Shown: positions 12,701 to 26,069, counted from the whole stretch's first letter. The stretch: 63,744 nt of DNA, filler included, from Lenisia limosa (GCA_001655205.1; 12 parts of 12 records of this genome joined end to end with filler, not necessarily neighbours in it); one strand, 5' to 3'. The notes: a model not told the origin generated them from the sequence alone. Program-made: numbers and translations.

Positions 12701-13939
12701 CGTTCACGGCATTGGCGAAGGCATGGTCAAGTCCCATCTCGAGCTGAGGTTCAAGGTCTGTGGCTTAGGATCAGGATGAAGACCTTATTGCTTGGGAACT
12801 GAGAATTGGGAAATGAATGCAAGTAGTAGTATATTTTATGATATATTATAATTGCCCTTTTGCAATAGATTGACCAGGGTTGGCTTGATGTTTTGGATTT
12901 GTTTCTTTTTCAATCACAGGGACTTAACTCTCGTAGGTCCTCTCCGGTTCTAAGTCCGTCTTTGATGTGGCTGTTCCCAAGAAGGCTCGTGTTATTGGGG
13001 CCACTGGTGGGGGGTCAGGAATTGGGGTGGAGGGGAATGAAGGTCTAGATACGATTCTGATGTTATGTACTTCAGATTTCGCACTATTTTGGGGACATAC
13101 TTCTGGTGGGGTGGGGCCTGTTCCAGTTGGGAGTATTTTTTTATTATTGTTTTTATAATATCATATATTGTATAATATTTTTTTTTTTTTTTTTTNNNNN
13201 NNNNNNNNNNNNNNNNNNNNNNNNNNNNNNNNNNNNNNNNNNNNNNNNNNNNNNNNNNNNNNNNNNNNNNNNNNNNNNNNNNNNNNNNNNNNNNNNNNNN
13301 NNNNNNNNNNNNNNNNNNNNNNNNNNNTGATTCCGCAATTGCTCTTAAAATCCCTCTAAAACACCCATTAATATATCAGGTGCTTCACTCAAAAGATGGG
13401 ACGTTCTGAACGCCTCTATGTGGGGGAGGGTGTTATGGATAAGATATGTAAATAATGAGGTCACCCCCCTTAGAAATGGGGAATAATGACATTATACTGT
13501 GACCGGAATATGTGTTCACCTATAAAAGCAAATCAGTCACTGTATGTGACTCAGTGTGGCGTTTTTGACCCTTCAGTGACAGCGAGGACCGTGTTATCCA
13601 AGACGATGAGAAAGTAATGGGCACTTTGAGGATTGCTTTACTATTTCCAGATAGGCGCTATATAGAGCCTCCTACTGGGTGTATTATATACAACGGATTC
13701 AATGACATACTATATCCCCCCGAGTAAGTGTACCTCATTTCTATATCCCCCCGAGTAAGTGTCATTTCTAAAATGATATTTTTTACATGACGTCTTTGTA
13801 TTGTAAACTGTTTATAACGTGCTATTGGAAAGCAATTATATGTCATATAACACATGAATTTTGATGTTACATGTGCTTATTAATGTAGATCCTCCGAGTC
13901 TACCTTCACCGTGAAGTTGATACCCGTTACATACTCAAC
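9765..13939 (+). CDS. Multi-exon hypothetical protein, partial
   Basis: Phase-compatible exons: ~10360-10471, 10615-10680, 10829-10928 (KIDVIGAGWISAPLLSTDVAVDDIKI), ~12407-12532, ~12652-12754, ~12937-13006 (VLSGSKSVFDVAVPKKARVIGAT), ~13380-13419, ~13578-13614, 13889-13939 (ILRVYLHREVDTRYILN). Some joins are hidden in gaps. Confidence 0.6.
11098..11452. mobile_element. MITE with (GGTCC/GGACC)n subterminal pentamer arrays
   Basis: Terminal inverted repeat GTGGTTCCCT...AGGGAACCAC, with clusters of GGTCC/GGACC at both ends and an AT-rich core. Confidence 0.8.
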
Positions 13940-14138
13940 GTAAAGTGAGTTAAGGGACTCACTACCAATTTGAATTNNNNNNNNNNNNNNNNNNNNNNNN
14001 NNNNNNNNNNNNNNNNNNNNTTAATTAATTAANNNNNNNNNNNNNNNNNNNNNNNNNNNNNNNNNNNNNNNNNNNNAAAAATAGATGCATTTCCATGCAA
14101 CCTTATGCAAGCTTCTCCTCTTTGGATCACCCACCAAC

Positions 14139-14494
14139 CTCAGTCAACATCGACTGGTATCCGAGGCCAGCAGTGTAATGGAAGACCGACTGGCCTGTTT
14201 GTGATATAACGTTGGTTTGCGCCCCCTTCTCAACAAGATACACAACAGTGTCTTTCTTCTTCGAGAAGATCGCATAGTTCAGCGCACAGTATCCCTGTGA
14301 TAACGTAAGTCATGATATAGACGTTTTATGTAATTATCATTAAAATGCAGCGTGAAGGGGGGATGTTAAGAGCCTACCTGGGTGTCAAGTTTGTCGATTG
14401 TTCCGTCAGCAAAGTGGGCGGCCAGTTTGTGGACTTCAGCATTGTAGGCATCAAGCCAATGTCCCGAAACAGGCTTCGCAATGCGGATGGGCAT
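14139..14494 (-). CDS. Ankyrin-repeat protein, 5' part (2 exons)
   Basis: ATG at 14494. Exons 14494-14378 and 14294-14139, both phase 0, give ...DTQGYCALNYAIFSKKKDTVVYLVEKGAQTNVISQTGQSVFHYTAGLG (two ANK motifs). Confidence 0.85.
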
Positions 14495-14880
14495 GGTTGC
14501 CGACAACCGTCTATGGCAAGGAAAGGTTGTGACTCGGTGAAGTTACCGCTATTCAGTATGATTATATGTGACTTTGTGATTATTGCCTTGCTTTACCCAG
14601 TTATTAAGAAATTTGTGATTTTCAGAACAAAGATAACCTTACATTAGTTACACTATAAGCAATATATTCTTTTCCCACACTCTCTTTCTTTCTCTTCATC
14701 TGTACAACATACACACACAGGTTTCAGACAGATTTTATTATTTTAAAAAGAGATACAGAGTCTCGAAAAACAGACCCTTCCTCTGATCGCAATCCTATCA
14801 GGTGCTCTGCCCAAGCCCCGATAAAATACACATTTCTCACGGTCTAAATTGAATCGAGTTTACTCCTAGCCGCCTTCACA

Positions 14881-17800
14881 ATGCCGCCTACAGCAGGTTT
14901 CTCGCATGTCTGCACAACGCCTGTTTCGATCTTGTCAACACAGGTCGAGCATTACGAACAAGATGCGTCAGGGCTGAACGTGTTTCTAGCGCCGATCTCA
15001 GGCCCCATCTGCTCCTTTGCCATCGTTGTCCCCACTAAGGCCATCGGCAATAGCGGTCTACCCCATGTTCTTGAGCATCTCGTCTTTATGGGCAGTAAGA
15101 AGTATCCCACGCGCGGCTATCTTGACACTCTTGCTTTGAGTTNNNNNNNNNNNNNNNNNNNNNNNNNNNNNNNNNNNNNNNNNNNNNNNNNNNNNNNNNN
15201 NNNNNNNNNNNNNNNNNNNNNNNNNNNNNNNNNNNNNNNNNNNNNNNNNNNNNNNNNNNNNNNNNNNNNNNNNNNNNNNNNNNNNNNNNNNNNNNNNNNN
15301 NNNNNNNNNNNNNNNNNNNNNNNNNNNNNNNNNNNNNNNNNNNNNNNNNNNNNNNNNNNNNNNNNNNNNNNNNNNNNNNNNNNNNNNNNNNNNNNNNNNN
15401 NNNNNNNNNNNNNNNNNNNNACTATCATAATCAACAACAACAACATCATCATTATTATCATGATCATCATGAAACTCAGGTCTTCTGGGGTTGTTGGAGC
15501 CTTTCCTCGACCATGTGCTTCATCCACTCCTCAATGAAGAGCATTTCAGTGGGGAGGAGTAATATTAATAACAAGGGGGGGGGGGGGGNNNNNNNNNNNN
15601 NNNNNNNNNNNNNNNNNNNNNNNNNNNNNNNNNNNNNNNNNNNNNNNNNNNNNNNNNNNNNNNNNNNNNNNNNNNNNNNNNNNNNNNNNNNNNNNNNNNN
15701 NNNNNNNNNNNNNNNNNNNNNNNNNNNNNNNNNNNNNTATCATTAACAATGGAGAAACTCACATATGATGATATCATATGAAATAAAAATGTTGTAACAA
15801 TATAATTATAATAATATACCTAACATTGCACATTACTAGCTTTAACAATATAGAAACTGAGGTGTACCACATTGACGGTGACGCCAAAGAGAAAGGCGTG
15901 GTGTTTTGCGAAATGGCTGCAAGACAAAACCAAGAAATGGACCAAGTGGGGGAGGGGGAGTTGTTTGATTATCAGACTATAATATGCATGATTTGGGCGT
16001 CACTTCGGTTCGAAAAAGACCAAATATCGATAGTTTTCGACGATTTATCGATAAATTCAGTCTTTTTTTGAACCAAAGTGAGGTGGTCATCCAATATACA
16101 TACATACATTTATGTAGTATTATTAGCATGATCTGTAATGTATGATATACAGTGTTTATTACACATTATTATATCCAATATATTTTACGTCCTTCCCTGC
16201 GGTGCAAAAAAAACCGTTTAAATATCGATATTTATCAAGGAGTTATCGAGAAATTTAGTCGATTATGGGACCGCAGGGAAGCCCTACATGTATACCTAGG
16301 GCTTCACTTCGGCAAAAAAAAGACTGCATTTCTTGATAAATCTTCGAAAACTATCGATTTTATTATATGCTATATTAATATATTATCGTATAACACTCTA
16401 GATGGACCTGGCCATTCGAAAGGGCCTCTTTGCCCACACCGGTTTGGACCTCGAGACCGGCGGCCGTACCCAAGGTGGGGCATATAGGGGGAGTATTATA
16501 TACAGTATATATGATATGGAAGGTGGGGCGTAAGGGGGAGCTTCAATTCGGTTCAAAAAAAGACTGAATTTCTCGATAAATCCTCGAAACCTATCGATAA
16601 TTTACCGGTCTTTTTCGAACTGAAGTGAAGCTCCAGGTATAGGGGGTTGGAGTATTATGATATTGTATTATATATTTAGAGTGGGGGGCTGTTATATGAT
16701 AGATATGGAAAAGGGTAAGGGGGCTATATTATTGTTATTATATGGTTAGAATATGAGGCCGTTTTAGGAAACTAATCCACCCGAACAATTTTCTTTAATT
16801 CTAATATTATCTCTTGCCATTTCATTTTTCTGTATTATCCCTCGTAGTATCTCCAGACATTTCTTGTTATATTAACGATAATAATATTTCCAGATATTTT
16901 TTATGATATTTTACCGACAATAATATCTCAGACATTGCAAAGCTCACCATTGAAACCGTCCGTGACTTCCACTCCACGTAGGGGNNNNNNNNNNNNNNNN
17001 NNNNNNNNNNNNNNNNNNNNNNNNNNNNNNNNNNNNNNNNNNNNNNNNNNNNNNNNNNNNNNNNNNNNNNNNNNNNNNNNNNNNNNNNNNNGCTGTGACC
17101 CAATCTTTATCATCTTAACTCATATAAATTCACGGAATGGATTATAGTATTAATTTCAGTGGTTATTTGGTATAACTAAAATACACCCATCCAGCTACTT
17201 CAGACCAGACATCATTTCAATTATGATGTTTCACTAATATAATCTAGTATATCATATGTATGTACATGTATATAATCTATAATATCACATGATTAGGGCT
17301 TCCCTTCGTTCACCAAGACTGAATTTCTCGATACATTTTCTTTAAAGCAGGGCGGTAATTCAGAAAATTGTCACGGAAGTTGTTAGAAATTTGTTCTTAG
17401 CCGCCTTCTTTGAAACGAATTACTTTTTTGTTAATAACTATTCAGTTTGAAAGACCCAAGCTTTGGTGTTAATCACGTTTAAATTGCGTCAATCTTAGAA
17501 AAATTGAACGAAAATCCAAGCCAATTTTCTGAATTACCACCCTGTTTTTTATCCATCCAGCTACTACAGGCCAGACAACATTTCCATTGTGGTCACTGGA
17601 CCAATTGCAGCAGTTGACCTCCTTCCTGTTCTTGCCACCGCCGATATTCAGCCTAGATCTCAAGATCCCCTGTTGGGGGGGGGGGGNNNNNNNNNNNNNN
17701 NNNNNNNNNNNNNNNNNNNNNNNNNNNNNNNNNNNNNNNNNNNNNNNNNNNNNTCCCAAATTTTTCAATGTTACGTACGCTGGAGTGGTGAGATGCGGTG

Positions 17801-18663
17801 CTGCAGAAGCGACTGACCTGGGCTTTATTTGTTTTGTTGTTATCAACCCTCGTGTGTGCTGTTAGCTAACAGAGTTGATTTGGGCTTTTTTATTTCTTAA
17901 ATTTTCCAATTTTACTCTCCCCCAGGCCCGAGCATATTCCCGCCAAATTTGCCGATCTGGCCGCCTCTCAAACCTCAACAGTCAAGTTTCCCTCTGTCGG
18001 TATGAGGGGAGGGTGTAAGATAGATTTAGAAACCGGAGGGGGATTAAATACGTTTCATGCATGACATTATTGAAGGAGAAAAAAAAGGGAGGGTAGGGCT
18101 TCACTTCGGTTCGAAAAAGATTAATGAAAGAAAGATAGTTTTCGAGGATTAATCGAGAAATTCAGTCTTTTTTTTCGAACCGAAGGGAAGCTTTAGGGGG
18201 GGGGGGNNNNNNNNNNNNNNNNNNNNNNNNNNNNNNNNNNNNNNNNNNNNNNNNNNNNNNNNNNNNNNNNNNNNNNNNNNNNNNNAATAATCTGAACCTC
18301 CAAATAAGCAGTGCCCCTTATTTCTCACAACAAATTCAACCCCCCCTCCACCATACGAGGATATCTGCGAGATACAACCTTGTTTTTTTTATTTCTCATC
18401 TAGCTATATCATTAGCATGATGGTATGGACTTTCCAATTGTTTTCGACAATTCGCCAAAATTTCTCTACCACTACCCCATCCCCTCCTCTCTCCCCTTCT
18501 TGCTTTCTTTCTTTCTTTCTTTATTTTTTTATTTCTCTTTATTAATTCCTATCCTCCTTCCCTAGACGAGGATATTTGCAGTGTTGCTCTGTGCTGGCAA
18601 GGACCTGAACTGAAGAACCTTGAGAAACGCATAGCCATAGACTGTCTTATCAACTACTTCACT
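14881..18663 (+). CDS. M16 (insulinase family) zinc metallopeptidase, N-terminal part
   Basis: GLPHVLEHLVFMGSKKYP with the inverted HxxEH motif. Later exons: FLDHVLHPLL, TEVYHIDG...GVVFCEM, LETGG, VRDFHSTYYRPDN (17561-17664), 17926-18000, ~18566-18663. Truncated at linker 18803. Confidence 0.92.
16537..16634. mobile_element. ~100-bp hairpin MITE copy
   Basis: Same TIR and core TGAATTTCTCGATAAATCCTCGAAA. Neighbouring copies at ~15994-16083 and ~16297-16365. Confidence 0.85.
17776..17915 (+). repeat. ~140-nt intron-3'-end dispersed repeat (most complete copy)
   Basis: TACGCTGGAGTG..GATGCGGTGCTGCAGAAGCGACTG..TTTGTTTTGTTGTTATCAACCCTCGTGTG..TTAGCTAACAGAGTTGATTTGGGC..AAATTTTCCAATTTTAC. Other copies at 1-55, 1642-1735, ~3110-3180, 11485-11531, 12206-12327, 28702-28845, ~33270-33300 and 62643-62715(-). 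Confidence 0.9.
18094..18195. mobile_element. ~100-bp hairpin MITE copy
   Basis: TAGGGCTTCACTTCGGTTCGAAAAAGA...TCTTTTTTTTCGAACCGAAGGGAAGCTTTA. Confidence 0.85.
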
Positions 18664-19060
18664 GTATGGGGGAGAGGTGAAGCTTAAAAGAAACTTGTCC
18701 ATGTTTTTTTGTTGTTGTGGGTGGTTATGTTGTTATGTTGAGTCAGACATTATAATCTAATATCATATCTAATATGAATATGTAATATATAGTGGAATTG
18801 CCNNNNNNNNNNNNNNNNNNNNNNNNNNNNNNNNNNNNNNNNNNNNTTAATTAATTAANNNNNNNNNNNNNNNNNNNNNNNNNNNNNNNNNNNNNNNNNN
18901 NNGCGTTTGAGGGGTAGGGACTGAAGATCTAGCGTTTGAGGGGGAGGGAGGCTCATGGACTGTTTGTGATCCTAAAATGATAATTCAATCCAATTACAAT
19001 TACCATATCAGGTATGTAGCTTACTATTTTCAGTAGCTGATGTGTTACTTACAATATTAG

Positions 19061-22000
19061 GTTGCTGATATGTTGCGACGATCCTTTGCTGAGTTCCATG
19101 GCCAAAAACAAGCTCCCAACCAGGCTGAATCTCTTAGTATGCTCAACATCCACATTGCCTTGAATATTCTGACGATCAGCCAATAAGAATTTGTTCCCAC
19201 CCCTCTTTCCTATCACAAATTCCGCAATTTATCCGATCTTTAATTGACAGTATTTTTTTTTTTTTTTTNNNNNNNNNNNNNNNNNNNNNNNNNNNNNNNN
19301 NNNNNNNNNNNNNNNNNNNNNNNNNNNNNNNNNNNNNNNNNNNNNNNNNNNNNNNNNNNNNNNNNNNNNNNNNNNNNNNNNNNNNNNNNNNNNNNNNNNN
19401 NNNNNNNGATTCCCTCAGAAAAGATCCGTACCCAGCTTGAGAGCTACGGAGAGTCTGCGAAGTGCCCGTATGAGGAGGCAAATGAAGCAACGAAGGAGGA
19501 GAAGTTAATGGGCGAGGTATGTGGCTGATGGGGATATTTGTTTTTGTTTTGACTAGTATAAGTCTTGACCTATTTTCCTTGGGAAATCATAGCAAACCGG
19601 TCAAGGCTTAACCCCGTCCAGTCACTGTATAATATTGGTTCTCTGCCGAAGAATTATTGCAGTCTCTGCTGATGAATTGGTAATTTTTTTCAAAAACTAA
19701 GCCCATTATTTTTGTCCGGCGATCAGCTGTGATAATCTGACCCAGCGACGAACCAACTTCCTTTCCCACCAACCTGACGAGTATATCCATGCACTGGCAG
19801 AAGCCGTTGAGGTGGGAGGGTTCTAATTGGGCTTCCCTTCGGTCCGAGAAAGACCCTTAATATATCATTATTTATCGCGAGAAATTTAATCTTTTTTGGG
19901 ACAGTAGGGAAGCCCTAGTTATATCTTCACTTTCAATATAGTTCGATCATTTTTGGAATCGATACACTGAAGTTTTTTTTTGCTGTAATTCATGGCTTTG
20001 TTGAAAATATGCACGAAAAGGAAAACTAAGGGGGTGGGGGGCTAGAGTATACTGATTTTAAAAAGCTAAAAAGTAGAGGAGCGCGTCATGTTATATTCCT
20101 TGCTTATTATCTTTCAGAATGATGCTGAGATTCTTTCAAGCTCCCTGACCTTGGCGAAACGCTCACCCTTGCACCCGGGTAGAATTGTAGTCTTCGCTGA
20201 TAGGGGCCAACCAGGTACCCTGACCCCAGGTAACCAGAACCAGGGGTGACTTTGTCCTTTTTATGGTTCTTGTGGTACTTAGTGCATTATTGTTTCTTAT
20301 GCTATCCATTTTTACCTTAATTGCATCTATGGTGCTATGATTTTACTTCTGTCACGTGATATGGTTTTACTTGTGCAGCGGCGATCGTGCGTGTTTCGGA
20401 AACGGCAATGGGTATTCGAATGATGATGTCTGCGCAGTCTACGACCAAGTCTTATGAGGTTGGGAGGAAAATGTTGTTACTGGCATTCAGTATTATTATT
20501 ACTCCCTTCTAATCACTATTCACTCAAAAGGTTGTGCATCTCGGAGTGAAGTCCTCTGACGGTACCATGTCTCCTCTAACTACATGGGAATCAGACCCCC
20601 ATGTTATCCAATCATCCGGACCCATGTATGGCAGGGGCCAAGCAGAGTTTTGTTTACTCAGTGCAGAAATATATACCATAGTGTCTTATATTTTGATGAC
20701 AAACCAAATGTACGATTACTGGTGCCTTTTGTTTTTGTGTTGATTTCCATTGTCCAGTATTTAAAATTGGCGTGTTGCTCCTGTTATAGTTCCGAGTACA
20801 TAACTGGTTTAGGCTCTCAACTGTGACGTCCTCTGACATCACCTATATCAGCCATATTGTCCTTCCAGGCAACGACAGGTGGCCTGTTCGGTGGGTCCAC
20901 CTACCTTAATGTAGCAGTACCAACTTTTCATTTAATGGAAAGTAACCTAACTCGTTAGAATTCTCAGTTCTGGTTTCTGGTTTGTGTTTGTGTTTGTGTT
21001 TGTGATCAGTTCTGGTTTGTGTTGGTGGTCCCCAGTTGTCATGTGTGGGAAGCGGTGCTGCTTAGTCGATATTCTTGGGCATTCAGCCAATAATTTTTTT
21101 TTGTTTTGTTTGTTTATGGATGGGAGAGGTGTTTCATCATGTTCCCTCTTTCCATTTTACCTCTATATTTAACTTAACCCATATTTTATATACATATTTA
21201 GCTTGACTTATATATTACCTCCACATTTTGCCCCATTTACTACACAGCGAATTATGTACATACAGCCCCATTTACCACATTTAGCCTTGACTCGGTAACT
21301 GCCGAGCCCATTGCCGATCTGATCCGCGACGCTCTTCTCACACATCACCAAGAATCTCGTGGGCTATTAACGGTCACAAAATAGGATGAACCTGTGAAGT
21401 TGTATTCTGTTTTGGGAATATATTTGAAGTATCTCGCCCTAAAGGGAAATATCTTTTTGAAATATCTGCCTTTATTCTCCAGAAAATGAAGCCGGAGGAG
21501 ACCCAAGAGGACCCAAAGTAAGATAAGTTAATTATAACATCCGAATAAGTCAAATGAGGAATTATATCTTGATTCTAGTGTGATCATTCTTTGCAAGATG
21601 ATTTTTCACCACCCCCCAGATCATAAATGCCTTCACAGAACTGAAAGCGTCATCTATTCTTGAAATTCATGAAAAAAACCGACAGTCTGTTTTCTTCTGG
21701 AATATGGTGGGAGCAGGGAGGTTCTTTCAACATTCACTTTAGAAGCAGGAGTGCATTGTTCAGAATATTGACATAGATTATATTTTCATACATATTATAT
21801 GGTTGGCAAATGGCAATGTGAAATATAAATTTCCTTAGAAGCTTTCATAGCGTGACTGTTATTTCACTATATCATATTAGGTATACAAAATGCAATTGCG
21901 TGTAAAACTGTTTTATGCTCCGAAATAGATCGCTAAAATATCGATAATTCTCGAGGAGTTACCGATATACTTGTTGGGCCGAGTAATGCTAGCACTTATT

Positions 22001-23416
22001 TACATCCCTTTAGGCCGAACAGTTTGCACTGCACCATTGCCAACGTCGTTCGCAGCATGTTTTAGTTGGACACGACATCCTGGCCCTTTCTCGCAGGGAA
22101 GTGGAACTCAGTTCACTTCTTTCAGAAGAGTGGGGGGTATTGCTTTTTTACCTCCTGGAGGATCAAACTGTTTTCCTAAAACGAATTTGTCAAAAGCACA
22201 CATCCTTTAAGAAACATAATGCTCAAGTTGAGAGTTGTGGATCACTCTAAATACCCAATTATCTCCTTTCTTTTTTTCAGTCCCCGTTTTTTTTTTATAT
22301 CCTCCCTCTCTAGTTCCCTCAGTTTGATGCCCGAATACGGCAAGCGCTTGAACGTCCTACGTCGCCTTGGGTATATCGACTCCACAATGGCAGTGCAGCT
22401 CAAGGTCTGATCAAAATAATCATTTATTCGCCGAGGTCATTCAGGCAAATTAATTATCACCACTCTTGTACCTAAATATATATTAATACAATATTTGAAG
22501 TGTTGCTTGTAAATAGGGCTTCCGTTCTCCGAAAATATGTGTATAATATCGACAGTTATCGTGAATTTTTGGATTTATTTTATTCTATTTTGACCAACTT
22601 CTAGGGCATGGTTGCCTGTGAGATCAGCACCTGTGAAGACCTCATAGCCACGGAGCTTATCTTCGAAAACGTTCTTAGCGACCTTTCACCTGAGGAGGCT
22701 GTAGCGTTGCTCTCTTCTTTGGTAGCTTGGGTTTACTGCATTTTATATATGGACGTTTGAAAGTGAACTCTTTTGAGTCAAATTACACAGTATCATTTAT
22801 TAACCGTTCAGGTTCTGGAGAGGGGTGATGACAAACCAGTGCTCAATGAGAGACTTCAAGTAAGTCATGTCTTGAATATTACCGAATCCCAAAAGCGGTT
22901 ATATTATTGTCATTGCACAGAGTATGGGTCATCTCACTGTGTATATTGCCAGGTTTCATTTTCCACTCAAAGTACATAGGCGGGGTGGGACAAACTAATG
23001 AAGCTGGTCGACTCTCTCGGTGGCATCCAGGAGGAATCCGGCCTCNNNNNNNNNNNNNNNNNNNNNNNNNNNNNNNNNNNNNNNNNNNNNNNNNNNNNNN
23101 NNNNNNNNNNNNNNNNNNNNNNNNNNNNNNNNNNNNNNNNNNNNNNNNNNNNNNNGAAATACCCCAGAAATACCCTCCTTCCGTTAGTTTTCCTGAATGT
23201 CCTGCTTTTGTTTTTAGTAATTCAGTTTCACAATTACAGTTTTTTTTGTTTTTGACTTCTTTTTTTGTTGAGGGGTACTGGGGATTTATCATGTGTTGCT
23301 GTTGTTTACCTCCTCAGGCATACTCCAACAGGCTAAAGTACGGCCTGGTGGAGGCCGTTTATGAGTGGGCAAGAGGCATGCCTTTCAAGGACGTCATGAA
23401 GCTGACTACGTTGCAA
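19061..23416 (+). CDS. SKI2: Ski2-like DExH RNA helicase, C-terminal part
   Basis: VADMLRRSFAEF; LHPGRIVV; LLSEDSLSLMPEYGKRLNVLRRLGYID; GMVACEISTCEDLIATELIFENVLSDLSPEEAVALLSSL; YGLVEAVYEWARGMPFKDVMKLT (DSHCT region). Confidence 0.92.
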
Positions 23417-23529
23417 GTGGGGGGGGGNNNNNNNNNNNNNNNNNNNNNNNNNNNNNNNNNNNNNNNNNNNNTTAATTAATTAANNNNNNNNNNNNNNNNN
23501 NNNNNNNNNNNNNNNNNNNNNNNNNNNTT

Positions 23530-23601
23530 TGCCATGACCCGGAATCGAACCGGGATTTACAGAGCCACAATCTGTTGTACTGACCATTATACTATCACAG
23601 C
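23530..23601 (-). tRNA. tRNA-His: tRNA-His(GUG)
   Basis: Reverse complement GCTGTGATAGTATAATGGTCAGTACAACAGATTGTGGCTCTGTAAATCCCGGTTCGATTCCGGGTCATGGCA folds as a cloverleaf with GTG anticodon, GGTTCGATTCC T-loop and A73. Confidence 0.95.
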
Positions 23602-24355
23602 CAAAAGCGAAACTTTTCCATTACCTCCTGGATACTAGTTTATTTCCGAATTTTTTCGAAATTCAGTGAGAGTTTTTCGATAAATACATTCTTGTACTTT
23701 CAAAATCAGTACAGACCAGTTGCGGTCCCTGAAAGCCCGTCCGACACCATAGATACCATCGTCACCCTGGTCCCTCGCCAACACCTGTACAACCATTGTC
23801 TTACTCCCTATCACCTTCATTCCCCTCACCACCTCCATCACCTCCAATTCCTCGACCTCTCCCGCGCCGCCTCCGACCCCGGACACCCACAGACTTCGAC
23901 TTCGACATCGCCAGGGGGGTCATATCGGGTAACCTCACCACAAACCCGACAATAATCTTCCTTGGCCCCACATGTCTGTCGTTCCGGGGGTAGAAAATTT
24001 CAAAAGAAAAGCCCCATATATATCGAAACCCTGTTTAGAACCTACTTTATATCCTTTCAAATTTCGACTTCTCTTTCTTCCCCCTCATTGTAGGTATTCT
24101 CCCCTCACCCAAACTAGATCACTAATTTTTATTTCTATCCCAGGATTTATTTACGATGCATTCCTTGTTCTTCAAAAGATATTATACTAAATATGTTTCC
24201 ATAGCAATGAGAAATAAAAAAATAAGGTTATATCTGTATTAAGATAGATATGATTGTTTTAATTCCTTTAATCCATGCTGATGTAAAATGAAACAAAAAA
24301 CACAATTATGGGGGGGGGGGGTCAGAAAATTAAACAGAGACCCCCTCCAGCTCAC

Positions 24356-26069
24356 AATGCAATCTTTGAAGTCACCCGCATCCTGGGAGAAGGTTCCAAT
24401 AGGGCAAGTTACAACGCATTTATTCTGAAGGGCAAAACGGCTGAACCCTGGCTCACAAGCTGGAGGGAGGATCAGATACATTTGGTGTGTTTTTTGATAA
24501 TTGCGGAAATAGAACTGAAACAGACTAGTTTGCATGTCACATTGTGTTGAAAAGTATGATGGTTCGCCCCTCTGGGCTAAACTTGCAAAATGTCCGCATA
24601 CATGCGAAAAAAGTAATACTTCTTGCCCGCAACCCACCGGAGCATTCGGAAAGACTGGCACCAACACACTCAGCACAGCCCTCGGTGCATGGTTTGCAGG
24701 ACCCAGGGGTGTTAGCTACTGAGGGGAACGTCTTAGCCGGACAGGTCTGGGGGGTGAATAAATGAAGAGGCATTCAGAAATGCCACTCGTGCATATGTGA
24801 AATGTAATGAGAGATGCGTATGATGCAAATCTTGTTGAGCAGTTGTGTGTGGGAGCGAATATCCCAGCCACCATGCAAGAGCTGTCATGCCAGCGGAGGC
24901 CAACACTGCATCGGTCACAGCTGGAGCCGTCGGTACATTTCTTGCAGTCCGAAACACAGGCAGCGCAAGAAACATCCCCTGTACCTTCCTGATATGGTAA
25001 GTGGTAGGCATCAGTACCTTCTTCAAGTGGATACTTTGTGAAGACAAAAATAAAAACAAGACATATTACATGTACAATATACATAATATATGTATTATGT
25101 ATATGTCCAAGGTCCAAAATTATGTTGTTAATTCGAATTAATGTCGTTAATTATTTACGGTCGCCAAATCAGCTATTCCCCTTCAAAACAGTAATATATT
25201 TCTGAGATATACACACTTTAGATGTTTATGAAGGGAAACAAAGAAAATAACCTTACATAAAATTTTCAGTTTTGTTGGTAAGATCAGCAAACTCTATCGG
25301 AAATTTAATTTTTTTAGCCACGCTTGCGCAATTTTTTTTCAGTTTATGCTCGCATTTTTCTCATATGTCCTTTTTTACGAGTTAAAAATTGTTGTGAAGT
25401 TGACCGTAACATGAAAAAGAGAGTCACAGAAAATTGAATTAACGACAATAAGTCGATCTCAATTCTATCAGTACCACTCCCCACGTCGAAGGGACGGTAA
25501 TAGTCATAGCACGAGGTGCAAACGGTGGCGCTGGAACAAGCCTGGCAGAAGTCGGGGCAGGCAACAACGTTGAAGGTCACCTGGGCAGTTAAATAACTAA
25601 AATCCAAATTGAGCGAAAAGGTGCTTCAAAATAGAGAGCTACTTCAGTCTACAAACAGCTACTCTTAGTTCGCCTACAGATTCGTCAGTAACAAGATGCA
25701 CGTAGTCATCTTCAGCGTGGTCACTATTAGTACGCGGCGTGATGGTGACCTGCAGGGTAAGGATCAATATACATAGCACAATGGAAAAAAGAATATATAT
25801 AATTACATACAAACATATTATATCATATTTATTTACTGTTCATTCTTGGGGTGGGATGCAATTAGGGCTTCACTTCGGCTCGAAAAAAGACAGAATTTCT
25901 CGATAAATCCTCGAATATTATCAATATTGCACCGGTCTTTTTTGAACTGAAGTGAAGCCCCAGGAGCAATACATTATCGACTGAAGGATTACTACCCACT
26001 GTAAGTACATCTCCCTCGAAAAGAAGACTACCACTGTTCTTGGCAGCAATATCCAAGGTGGCTGATGTC
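24356..26069 (-). CDS. Furin-like (FU) cysteine-rich repeat protein, partial
   Basis: Exons encode ACPDFCQACSSATVCTSCYDYY, SCAACVSDCKKCTDGSSCDRCSVG, TCPAKTF...CKPCTEGCAECVGASLSECS and ACEPGF...CVVTCPIGTF. Confidence 0.85.
25863..25962. mobile_element. ~100-bp hairpin MITE copy
   Basis: TAGGGCTTCACTTCGG...CTGAAGTGAAGCCC. Confidence 0.9.
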
